Assembly (NCBI GenBank): GCA_963422365.1
Contig: OY729426.1
Coordinates: 2,431,696-2,495,695, forward strand
Direction: 5' to 3'
DNA: 64,000 nucleotides
DNA from: Nitrospirales bacterium
GTDB lineage: Bacteria > Nitrospirota > Nitrospiria > Nitrospirales > UBA8639
The notes under the pieces are model-generated. The model saw only the letters and a list, made by a program, of their open reading frames with translations. It was not told where the DNA came from and searched no databases. This document shows, piece by piece, positions 32,171 through 44,800 of this stretch (its first letter is position 1; every line of letters starts with the position of its first letter). Both the position numbers and the translations under genes were made by a program.

Positions 32171-32869
32171 CTAAAACAAGCCTTTTTCGATCCTGAAAAT
32201 ATCCGGATCCTTGGTATTTTCAATATAGGAGAGCCATAGTGAAACAACCCGGTCCTGCGATTCGTCATTCTCGTCTCCTTCTCCCTCTGCGGCAGGCACC
32301 TTTCTACTGATAAGTTGCAGCAGCACCATTCGTTCCCGTTCATCGGTTGCGCGAAAAACGACAAAAACGCTGTCGTCAAGGCGCGTGTTTATCAACGTCC
32401 TATCAGGAGCAAAGCCTAATGCACTGAAGTATTTTCGAATGACGTTGGCGGTCGTTACCAGCGCTTGTGGGTCCGGATCCTCGGTCACGGGCAATCCCCA
32501 CAAAATATTAATCTGAATCAGTTTTTCTTGCTTGTAACCGTGAATATAAACGACTCGAGCCGGTCCGCTGCCAGGGAAGAGGCCCGTCACAGTCGCCACC
32601 AGACTGGAAGTCCTGTCTTCGTCATTCGGCTGCACCACGATATCTTCTTGTCCAAGCTGAAAATCGCGTTGTATGGCATCCAGAGTTTTCGACTGCGACA
32701 TCCCGAAGAGAGCCGAACGAAACCCCGTTATTTGGGGACCGACGGCTTCTTTGATAGTCGTATTCTCTAGCGCCGCAAAACTCTCCGCATCAACGCATAA
32801 AATAGGCACTCCAGCCAAGACAGCAAGGGCAGTGACAAGAAACGCAGAGGTCCTAACCGTATTCATCAT
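32171..32869 (-). CDS. Hypothetical exported protein, third gene of TPS operon (copy 2)
   Basis: 232 aa; five amino-acid differences from 15228-15926. Confidence 0.75.
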   Translation of the reverse strand: MMNTVRTSAFLVTALAVLAGVPILCVDAESFAALENTTIKEAVGPQITGFRSALFGMSQSKTLDAIQRDFQLGQEDIVVQPNDEDRTSSLVATVTGLFPGSGPARVVYIHGYKQEKLIQINILWGLPVTEDPDPQALVTTANVIRKYFSALGFAPDRTLINTRLDDSVFVVFRATDERERMVLLQLISRKVPAAEGEGDENDESQDRVVSLWLSYIENTKDPDIFRIEKGLF

Positions 32870-32887
32870 AACCTGATTTCCCCCTAA

Positions 32888-35800
32888 CTATCGCTTATAG
32901 TGGTCTTCATCATTCCCATCATGCGTATTCATCATGGCATCCGTTCCAAGGCGCCACCACACGTCTCGAATGCCACCGGGCAACGTATCGTAGATCGACT
33001 CCATTCCGGTTTGCGGTTTCAACAACGCAAATGGCATCTCAAAGACATTGACTGGATACGAACGATCCATTGCACCCATAACAGAAGCCCTCAATATCGT
33101 GGAGAACGGCAGAAAAACGACATCGCCTGGTGCCCCTCCCCAGCGCCATGTTGTATTCGGAAGCGGCAAAGCAGCCAGTTCTGCATATTGTCGCATCTCT
33201 GGTCCGATGCCGAGACTGGTGAAGTCATTCAATTTGTACATGCCTGGGACCTTGTTGCGGATTATAGTCTTACTGGCAGCACCCTGTCCTGTTTCACCGC
33301 CAACCGTACCCTTGATATCTGCACTTTTTGCCTCAATCGTCAAGGAGTCAACTTCTACGGTCACGCCAATATGATTACTACTCTTTAACGTAACATCTTT
33401 CGCAATGATCCTTCCCTTTATATCTTTCGTGCTGACGTTGACAAAGGTATCGGAATAAAGGGTGCTGAATCCGAAATCACTTGTTCCGGTCCCCGCAAGC
33501 TGTTGGAAAGAAGTCACTCTCATCGAAGTGCCTACTGTGACGTCATGGGCCTTGGTGATCGTCATCGCCCCCAGTTTGGCAGTGGAGCCGACATCTCCCT
33601 CGAAATGTATATTCCCGGTATCCGCATTCAGGCCAAGCGCATACCCGCCGTCGATGGTCGACGTGAACCGGATGTCGCCGTCCGTGCCGTCAGCGTCGGC
33701 GTCACTGTTGACCGTCACGGCCCCGGCTAACGTCACCGGGCCAGTGAAGGTGACGTTGCCATCATCACTGCGGTACGCCCCCGCCAGCGTGAGGCCCGTG
33801 CCCGTCACCTCCACGTCGCCCGTCGCCGTCACCGCGGCCAGCGACACCGCGCCACCCGCCACCGTGAGGCTCGCCACCGGGGTGCCACCACCCACCGCCC
33901 CAGCCAGCGTGATCGCGCCGGTATTCGCGTCCAGGCCAAGCGCATACCCGCCGTCGATCGTCGACGTAAACTCAATGGCCCCGTCCATACCGTCGCCGTC
34001 GGCGTCACTGTTGACCGTCACGGCCCCGGCTAACGTCACCGGGCCGGTGAAGGTGACGTTGCCATCATCACTGCGGTACGCCCCCGCCAGCGTGAGGCCC
34101 GTGCCCGTCACATCAATGTTGCCCGTCGCCGTCACCGCGACCAGCGACACCGCGCCACCCGCCACCGTGAGGCTCGCCACCAGGGCGGTACTACCCACCG
34201 CCCCGGCCAGCGTGATCGCGCCGGTATCCGCGTCCAGGCCAAGCGCATACCCGCCGTCGATCGTCGACGTAAACTCAATGGCCCCGTCCATACCGTCGCC
34301 GTCGGCGTCACTGTTGACCGTCACGGCCCCGGCTAACGTCACCGGGCCGGTGAAGGTGACGTTGCCATCATCACTGCGGTACGCCCCTTCCAGCGTGAGG
34401 CCCGTGCCCGTCACATCAATATCGCCCGTCGCCGTCACCGCGACCAGCGACACCGCGCCACCCGCCACCGTGAGGCTCGTCACCGGGGTGGTGCCACCCA
34501 CCGCCCCGGCCAGCGTGATCGCGCCGGTATTCGCGTCCAGGCCAAGCGCATACCCGCCGTCGATGGTCGACGTAAACTCAATGGCCCCGTCCATACCGTC
34601 GCCGTCGGCGTCACTGTTGACCGTCACGGCCCCGGCTAACGTCACCGGGCCGGTGAAGGTCACGTTGCCATCATCACTGCGGTACGCCCCTTCCAGCGTG
34701 AGGCCCGTGCCCCTCACATCAATATCTCCCGTCGCCGTCACCGCGGCCAGCGCCACCGCGCCACCCGTCACCGTGAGGCTCGTCACCGCGGTAGTGCCAC
34801 CCACCGCCCCAGCCAGTGTGATCGCGCCGGTATTTGCGTCCAGGCTTAGCGCATACCCCCCGTCGATCGTCGACGTGAACCGGATGTCGCCGGCTGTGCC
34901 GTCGCCGTCGGCGTCACTGTTGACCGTCACGGCCCCGGCTAACGTCACCGGGCCGGTGAAGGTGACGTTGCCATCATCACTGCGGTACGCCCCCGCCAGC
35001 GTGAGGCCCGTGCCCGTCACATCAATGTTGCCCGTCGCCGTCACCGCGACCAGCGACACCGCGCCACCCGCCACCGTGAGGCTCGCCACCAGGGCGGTAC
35101 TACCCACCGCCCCGGCCAGCGTGATCGCGCCGGTATCCGCGTCCAGGCCAAGCGCATACCCGCCGTCGATCGTCGACGTAAACTCAATGGCCCCGTCCAT
35201 ACCGTCGCCGTCGGCGTCACTGTTGACCGTCACGGCCCCGGCTAACGTCACCGGGCCGGTGAAGGTGACGTTGCCATCATCACTGCGGTACGCCCCTTCC
35301 AGCGTGAGGCCCGTGCCCGTCACATCAATATCGCCCGTCGCCGTCACCGCGACCAGCGACACCGCGCCACCCGCCACCGTGAGGCTCGCCACCAGGGCGG
35401 TACTACCCACCGCCCCGGCCAGCGTGATCGCGCCGGTATCCGCGTCCAGGCCAAGCGCATACCCGCCGTCGATCGTCGACGTAAACTCAATGGCCCCGTC
35501 CATACCGTCGCCGTCGGCGTCACTGTTGACCGTCACGGCCCCGGCTAACGTCACCGGGCCGGTGAAGGTGACGTTGCCATCATCACTGCGGTACGCCCCT
35601 TCCAGCGTGAGGCCCGTGCCCGTCACATCAATATCGCCCGTCGCCGTCACCGCGACCAGCGACACCGCGCCACCCGCCACCGTGAGGCTCGTCACCGGGG
35701 TGGTGCCACCCACCGCCCCGGCCAGCGTGATCGCGCCGGTATTCGCGTCCAGGCCAAGCGCATACCCGCCGTCGATGGTCGACGTAAACTCAATGGCCCC

Positions 35801-38800
35801 GTCCATACCGTCGCCGTCGGCGTCACTGTTGACCGTCACGGCCCCGGCTAACGTCACCGGGCCGGTGAAGGTCACGTTGCCATCATCACTGCGGTACGCC
35901 CCTTCCAGCGTGAGGCCCGTGCCCCTCACATCAATATCTCCCGTCGCCGTCACCGCGGCCAGCGCCACCGCGCCACCCGTCACCGTGAGGCTCGTCACCG
36001 CGGTAGTGCCACCCACCGCCCCAGCCAGTGTGATCGCGCCGGTATTTGCGTCCAGGCTTAGCGCATACCCCCCGTCGATCGTCGACGTGAACCGGATGTC
36101 GCCGGCTGTGCCGTCGCCGTCGGCGTCACTGTTGACCGTCACGTCCCCGGCTAAGGTCACCGGGCCGGTGAAGGTAATGTTGCCGTCGTCACTGCGGTAC
36201 ACCCCCGCCAGCGTGATGCCCGTCGTAGTCGTCACCACCATGTTGCCCGTACCTGTTTCACCGCCAACCGTACCCTTGATATCTGCACTTTTTGCCTCAA
36301 TCGTCAAGGAGTCAACTTCTACGGTCACGCCAATATGATTACTACTCTTTAACGTAACATCTTTCGCAATGATCCTTCCCTTTATATCTTTCGTGCTGAC
36401 GTTGACAAAGGTATCGGAATAAAGGGTGCTGAATCCGAAATCACTTGTTCCGGTCCCCGCAAGCTGTTGGAAAGAAGTCACTCTCATCGAAGTGCCTACT
36501 GTGACGTCATGGGCCTTGGTGATCGTCATCGCCCCCAGTTTGGCAGTGGAGCCGACATCTCCCTCGAAATGTATATTCCCGGTATCCGCATTCAGGCTCA
36601 ACGCATACCCGCCGTCGATGGTCGACGTGAACCGGATGTCGCCGTCCGTGCCGTCGCCGTTGGCGTCACTGTTGACCGTCACGGCCCCGGCTAAGGTCAC
36701 CGGGCCGGTGAAGGTCACGTTGCCGTCGTCACTGCGGTACGCCCCTGCCAGCGTGAGGCCCGTGCCCGTCACCTCCACGTCGCCCGTCGCCGTCACCGCG
36801 GCCAGCGACACCGCGCCACCCGTCACCGTGAGGCTCGTTACCGGGGTCGTGCCACCCACCGCCCCGGCCAGCGTGATCGCGCCGGTATCCGCGTCCAGGC
36901 TTAGCGCATACCCCCCGTCGATCGTCGACGTAAACTCAATGGCCCCGTCCGTGCCGTCGCCGTTGGCGTCACTGTTGACCGTCACGGCCCCGGCTAAGGT
37001 CACCGGGCCGGTGAAGGTCACGTTGCCGTCGTTCGAGAGCACGTTTCCTGCCAGCGTGATGCCCGTGCCCGTCACCGCCACGGCACCCGTCGCCGTCACC
37101 GCGGCCAGCTCCACCGCGCCACCCTTCACCGTGAGGCTCACCACCGGGGTCGTGCCACCCACTGCCCCGGCCAATGTGATCGCGCCGGTATCCGCATCCA
37201 GGCCAAGCGCATACCCGCCGTCGATGGTCGACGTAAACTCAATGTCGCCGGCCGTGCCGTCGGCGTTGGCGTCACTGTTGACCCACACGAAGTTGGCTAA
37301 CGTCACCGGGCCGGTGAAGGTCACGTTGCCGTCGTCACTGCGGTACGCCCCTGCCAGCGTGATGCCCGTGGTGCCCGTCACATCAATGTTGCCCGTCGCC
37401 GTCACCTCGGGCAGCGCCACCACCGCGCCCGAGGTCGTCACCGTGAGGCTCGCCACCGGGGTGGTGCCACCCACCGCCCCGGCCAGCGTGATCGCGCCGG
37501 TATCCGCATCCAGGCTCAACGCATACCCACCGTCGATCGTCGACGTGAACTCAATGGCCCCGTCCGTGCCGTCGGCGTTGGCGTCACTGTTGACCGTCAC
37601 GGCCCCGGCTAACGTCACCGGCCCGGTGAAGGTCACGTTGCCGTCGTTACTGCGGTACGCCCCGGCCAGGGTGAGGCCCGTGCCCGTCACATCAATGTTA
37701 CCCGTGGCCGTCACCGCGGCCAGCGACACCGCGCCACCCGTCACCGTGAGGCTCGCCACCGCGGTGGTGCCACCCACTGCCCCGGCCAGTGTGATCGTGC
37801 CGGTATCCGCATCCAGCACCAGCACCTGCCCGCCGTCGATCGTCGACGTGAACCGGATGTCGCCATCCGTGCCGTCGGCGTTGGCGTCACTGTTGACCCA
37901 CACGAAGTAGGCTAACGTCACCGGGCCGGTGAAGGTGATGTTGCCGTCGTCACTGCGGTACGCCCCTGCCAGCGTGATGCCCGCGATACCCCTCACATCA
38001 ACAGCCCCAGTCGCCGTCACCGCGGCCAGCTCCACCGCGCCACCCCTCACCGTGAGGCTCGCCACCGCGGTGGTGCCACCCACCGCCCCGGCCAGCGTGA
38101 TCGCGCCGGTATCCGCATCCAGCACCAGCGCATACCCGCCGTCGATCGTCGACGTGAACCGGATGTCGCCATCCGTGCCGTCGGCGTTGGCGTCACTGTT
38201 GACCGTCACGGCCCCGGCTAACGTCACCGGGCCGGTGAAGGTCACGTTGCCGTCGCTCGAGAGCACGTTTCCCGCCAGCGTGATGCCCGTGCCCGTCACC
38301 GCAATGTCGCCCGTCGCCGTCACCGCGGCCAGCGCCACCGCGCCCGAGGTCGTCACCGTGAGGCTCGCCACCTGGGTGGTGCCACCCACCGCCCCGGCCA
38401 GCGTGATCGCGCCGGTATCCGCGTCCAGGCTTAGCGCATACCCACCGTCGATGGTCGACGTGAACCGGATGTCGCCGTCCGTGCCGTCGTAGTTGGCGTC
38501 ACTGTTGACCGTCACGGCCCCGGCTAACGTCACCGGGCCGGTGAAGGTCACGTTGCCGTCGTTCGAGAGCACGTTTCCCGCCAGCGTGATGCCCGTGCCC
38601 GTCACCGCCACGGCACCCGTCGCCGTCACCGCGGCCAGCGCCACCGCGCCCGAGGTCGTCACCGTGAGGCTCGCCACCGCGGTGGTGCCACCCACCACCC
38701 CGGCCAGCGTGATCGCGCCGGTATCCGCATCCAGGCTCAACGCATACCCGCCGTCGATCGTCGACGTGAACCGGATGTCGCCGTCCGTGCCGTCGGCGTT

Positions 38801-41800
38801 GGCGTCACTGTTGACCGTCACGGCCCCGGCTAACGTCACCGGGCCGGTGAAGATGACGTTACCATCGTCACTGCGGTACGCCCCCGCCAGCGTGATGCCC
38901 GTGGTGCCCGTCACATCAATGTTGCCCGTCGCCGTCACCGCGGCCAGCGACACCGCGCCACCCGCCACCGTGAGGCTCGCCACCGGGGTAGTGCCACCCG
39001 CCGCCCCAGCCAGCGTGACCGCGCCGGTATCCGCGTCCAGCGTCAGCGCCTGCCCACCGTCGATCGTCGACGCAAACCGGATGTCGCCGTCCGTGCCGTC
39101 GCCGTTGGCGTCACTGTTGACCGTCACGGCCCCGGCTAACGTCACCGGGCCGGTGAAGATGACGTTGCCTTCGTCACTGCGGTACACCCCGGCCAGCGTG
39201 ATGCCCGTGCCCGTCACCGCCACGGCGCCCGTCGCCGTCACCGCGGCCAGCGACACCGCGCCACCCGTCACCGTGAGGCTCGCCACCGGGGTGGTGCCAC
39301 CCACCGCCCCGGCCAGCGTGATCGCGCCGGTATCCGCATCCAGCCTCAACGCATACCCACCGTCGATGGTCGACGTAAACTCAATGTCGCCGTCCGTGCT
39401 GTCGTCGTCGGCGTCACTGTTGACCGTCACGGCCCCGGCTAACGTCACCGGGCCGGTGAAGGTGATATTGCCGTCGTCACTGCGGTACGCCCCCGCCAGC
39501 GTGATGCCCGTGGTGCCCGTCACATCAATGTTGCCCGTCGCCGTCACCTCGGCCAGCGACACCGCGCCACCCGCCACCGTGAGGCTCGTCACCTCTACCG
39601 CCCCGGCCAGCGTGATGCCCGTGCCCGTCACCTCCACGTCGCCCGTCGCCGTCACCGCGGCCAGCGACACCGCGCCACCCGCCACCGTGAGGCTCGTCAC
39701 CGGGGTGGTGCCACCCACCGCCCCAGCCAATGTGATCGCGCCGGTATCCGCATCCAGGCTCAACGCATACCCCCCGTCGATGGTCGACGTGAACTCAATG
39801 TCGCCGTCCGTGCCGTCGTCGTTGGCGTCACTGTTGACCGTCACGGCCCCGGCTAACGTCACCGGGCCAGTGAAGGTGATAGTGCCGTCGTCACTGCGGT
39901 ACATCCCCGCCAGCGTGATGCCCGTGGTGCCCGTCACCGCAATATCGCCCGTCGCTGTCACCGCGGCCAGCGACACCGCGCCACCCGTCACCGTGAGGCT
40001 CGTTACCTCTACCGCCCCGGCCAGCGTGATGCCCGTGCCCGTCACCTCCATGTCGCCCGTCGCCGTCACCGCGGCCAGCGACACCGCGCCACCCGCCACC
40101 GTGAGGCTCGTCACCGGGGTAGTGTCACCCACCGCCCCGGCCAGCCGGATCGGGTAGTGTGCCGGTATCCGCATCCAGCGTCAGCGCCTGCCCGCCATTG
40201 ATCGACGACGTGAACTCAATGTCGCCGTCCGTGCCGTCGTCGTTGGCGTCACTGTTGACCGTCACGGCCCCGGCTAACGTCACCGGGCCGGTGAAGGTGA
40301 TATTGCCGTCGTCACTGCGGTACGCCCCTTCCAGCGTGATGCCCGTGCCCGTCACATCAATGCTGCCCGTCGCCGTCACCGCGGCCAGCGACACCGCGCC
40401 ACCCGTCACCGTGAGGCTCACCACCGGGATGGTGCCACCCACCGCCCCGGCCAGCGTGATCTCACCGGTATCCGCATCCAGCGTCAGCGCCTGCCCGCCA
40501 TTGATCGACGACGTAAACTCAATGTCGCCGTCCGTGCCGTCGTCGTCGGCGTCACTGTCCACCTGCACGGCCCCGGCTAACGTCACCGGGCCAGTGAAGG
40601 TGATATTGCCATCGTCACTGTTGTACTGCCCTGCCAGCCGGATCGTGCTGCCCGTCACCGCCACGGCGCCCGTCGCCCTCACCCTGGCCAGCGACACCGC
40701 GCCACCCCTCACCGTGAGGCTCGTCACCGGGGTAGCGCCACCCACCGCCCCGGCCAGCGTGATCGCGCCGGTATCCGCGTCCAGCGTCAGCGCCTGCCCG
40801 CCTTCAATGGTCGACGTGAACCGGATGGCCCCGTCCGCACCGCTGTTGTTTTGGTCACTGTTGACCGTCACGGCCCCGGCTAACGTCACCGGGCCGTCGA
40901 AGGTGATGTTGCCGTCGTTCGAGAGCACGTCTCCTGCCAGCCTGATGCCCGCGATCCCCCTCACATCAACAGCCCCAGTCGCCGTCACCGCGGCCAGCGA
41001 CACCGCGCGACCCGTCACCGTGAGGCTCGCCACCGCGGTAATGCCACCCACCGCCCCGGCCAGTGCGATCTCGCCGGTATCCGCGTCCAGCGTCAGCGCA
41101 TACCCCCCGTCGATCGTCGACGTGAACCGGACCCCGTCCGTGCTGTCCGGGGCGGCGGCGTCACTGTTGACCGTCACGGCCCCGGCTAACGTCACCGGGC
41201 CGGTGAAGGTGATATTGCCGTCGTCACTGCGGTACGCCCCCGCCAGCGTGAGGCCCGTGCCCGTCACCGCCATGTCGCCCGTCGCCGTCACCGCAGCCAG
41301 CGACACCGCGCCACCCGTCACCGTGAGGCTCACCACCGGGGTGGTGCCACCCACCGCCCCGCCCAGCGTGATCGCGCCGGTATCCGCGTCCAGCGTCAGC
41401 GCATACCCACCGTCGATCGTCGACGTGAACTCAATATCGCCGGCTGTGCCGTCGCCGTCGTCGTCACTGTTGACCGTCACGTCCCCGGCTAAGGTCACCG
41501 GGCCGGTGAAGGTCACGTTGCCGTCGTCACTGCGGTACGCCCCGGCCAGCCTGATACCCGTGCCCGTCACATCAATGTCGCCCGTCGCCGTCACCGCGGC
41601 CAGCGACACCGCGCCACCCGCCACCGTGAGGCTCGTCACCGGGGTAGTGCCACCCACCGCCCCGGCCAGCCGGATCGCGCCGGTATCCGAGTCCAGGCCA
41701 AGCGCATACCCACCGTCGATCGTCGACGTGAACCGGATGACCCCGGCCGTGCTGTCGTCGTTGGCGTCACTGTTGACCGTCACGTCCCCGGCTAACGTCA

Positions 41801-44800
41801 CCGGGCCGGTGAAGGTGATGTTGCCGTCGTTACTCTGGTACACACCCGCCAGGGTGATGCCTGTAGCCGTCACCGCCACGTCGCCCATCGCCGTCACCGC
41901 GGGCAGCACCACCACCGCGCCAGAGGTCGTCACCGTGAGGCTCGCCACCGCGGTAATGCCACCCACCGCCCCGCCCAGCGTGATCGCGCCGGTATCCGCA
42001 TCCAAGCTCAGCGCATGCCCGCCGTTGATCGACGACGTGAACTCAATGTCGCCGTCCGTGCCGTCGGCGTCGGCGTCACTGTTGACCCGCACAGCCCCGG
42101 CTAACGTCACCATGAAGTAGCCGGTGAAGGTAATATTGCCGTCGTCACTCTGGTACACCCCCGCCAGCCTGATGCTCGTCCCCGTCACATCAATGTCGCC
42201 CGTCGCCGCCACCGCGGCCAGCGCCACCGTTTCCCTGGTCACCACTGTGAGGCTCGCCACCGCGGTGGTGCCACCCACCGCCCCGGCCAGCGTGATCGCG
42301 CCGGTATCCGCGTCCAGCGTCAGCGCATACCCACCGTCGATGGTCGATGTAAACTCAATGGCCCCGTCCGTGCTGTCGTCATTGGCGTCACTGTTGACCG
42401 TCACAGCCCCGGCTAACGTCACCGGGCCGGTGAAGGTGATATTGCCATCGTTCGAGAGCACGTCTCCCGCCAGCGTGATGCCCGTCCCCGTCACCGCAAT
42501 GTTGCCCGTCGCCGTCACCGCGACCAGCGACACCGCGCCACCCGCCAGCGTGAGGCTCGTCACAGGGGTAGTGCTACCCACCGCCCCGGCCAGCGTGATC
42601 GCGCCGGTATCCGCATCCAGGCTCAGCACATACCCACCGTCGATGGTCGATGTAAACTCAATGTCGCCGTCCGTACTGTCGTCATTGGCGTCACTGTTGA
42701 CCCGCACGGCCCCGGCTAACGTCACCGGGCCGGTGAAGGTAATAGTGCCGTCGCTCGAGAACACGTTTCCCGCCAGCGTGATGCCCGTGCCCGTCACCGC
42801 AATGTCGCCCGTCGCCGCCACCGCGGCCAGCGACACCGCACCACCCGTCACCGTGAGGCTCGTTACCGGGGTAGTGCCACCCACCGCCCTGGCCAGCGTG
42901 ATCGCGCCGGTATCCGCGTCCAGCGTCAGCGCATACCCACCGTCGATGGTCGACGTAAACTCAATGTCGCCGTCCGTGCTGTCGTCATTGGCGTCACTGT
43001 TGACCGTCACGGCCCCGGCTAACGTCACCGGGCCAGTGAAGGTGATGTGGCCGTCGTTCGAGAGCACGTCTCCCGCCAGCGTGATGCCCATGCCCCTCAC
43101 ATCAATGTTGCGCGTCGCCCTCACCGCCGCCAGCGACACCGCACCACCCCTCACCACCTTCAGGCTCGTCACCGGGGTCGTACCACCCACCGTCCCGGCC
43201 AGCGTGATCGCGCCGTCATCCGCGTCCAGGCCCAGCACATACCCGCCGTTGATGGTCGACGTGAACTCAATATCGCCGTCCGTGTCGTCGTTGTCGGCGT
43301 TACTGTCCACCCACACGAAGTTGGCTAACGTCACCGGGCCGGTGAAGGTGATGTTGCCGTCGTTCGAGAACACGTTTCCCGCCAGCGTGATGCCCGTGCC
43401 CGTCACCGCAATGTCGCCCGTCGCCGACACCGCGGGCAGCGACACCGCGCCCCGGGTCGCCACCTTCAGGCTCGTCACCGGGGTGGTGCCACCCACCGCG
43501 CCGACCAGCGTGATCGCGCCGGTATCCGCGTCCAGGCTTAGCGCATACCCGCCGTCGATGGTCGACGTGAACTCAATATCGCCGTCCGTGCCGTCGTCGT
43601 CGGCGTCACTGTCCACCCGCACGTCCCCGGCTAACGTCACCGGGCCGGTGAAGGTGATGTCGTCGCCGTCGTCACTCTGGTACGCCCCCGCCAGCGTGAT
43701 CGTGCCGCCCCTCACATCAATGTTGCCTATCACCGTCACCGCGGGCAGCGACACCGCGCCCCGGGTCGCCACCTTCAGGCTCGTCACCGGGGTGGTGCCA
43801 CCCACCGCGCCGACCAGCGTGATCGCGCCGGTATCCGCATCCAAGCTCAGCGCATGCCCGCCGTTGATCGACGACGTGAACTCAATGGCCCCGTCCGTGC
43901 CGTCGTTGTCGGCGTCACTGTCCACCCGCACGGCCCAGTCTAACGTCACCGGGCCGGTGAAGGTCACGTTGCCGTCATCACTGCGGTAATTCCTGCCCAG
44001 CGTGATGCCCCTGCCCCTCACATCAATGTTGCCCGTCGCCTTCACCGAGGAGGACAGCGCCACCGCGCCACCTGTCACCGTGAGGCTCGTCACCGCGGTG
44101 GTGCCACCCACCGTCCTGTCCAGCGTGATCGCGCCGGTATCCGCATCCAGCGTCAGCGCCTGCCCGCCGTCAATGGTCGACGTGAACCGGATGGCCCCGT
44201 CCGCACCGCTGTTGTTTTGGTCACTGTTGACCGTCACGGCCCCGGCTAACGTCACCGGGCCAGTGAAGGTGATGTTGCCGTCGTTCGAGAGCACGTTTCC
44301 TGCCAGCGTGATGCCCGTGCCGCCCTTCACCTCAATGTTGCCCGTGGCCGTCACCGCGGCCAGCGACACCGAGACACCCCTCACCGCCACGCCCCCCGTG
44401 GCCGTCACCGCGGCCAGCGACACCGAGACACCCCTCACCGTGAGGCTCGTCACCGGGGTGGTGCCACCCACCGCCCCGGCCAGTGTGATCGTGCCGTCAT
44501 CCGCCTCCAGCGTCAGATCGCGCCCGCCGTCGATGGTCGACGTGAACCGGATGTTACCATCCGTGACGTCGTTGTCGGCGTCACTGTTCACCCACACGGA
44601 CCAGTCTAACGTCACCGGGCCGGTGAAGGTGATAGTGCCGTCGTTACTGCGGTACACCCCTTCCAGCGTGATGCCCGTGGTGCCCGTCACATCAATGTTG
44701 CCCGTCGCCCTCACCGCGACCAGCGACACCACACCACCCCTCACCGTGAGGCTCGCCACCAGGGCGGTACTACCCACCACCTCGTCCAGCGTGATCGCGC

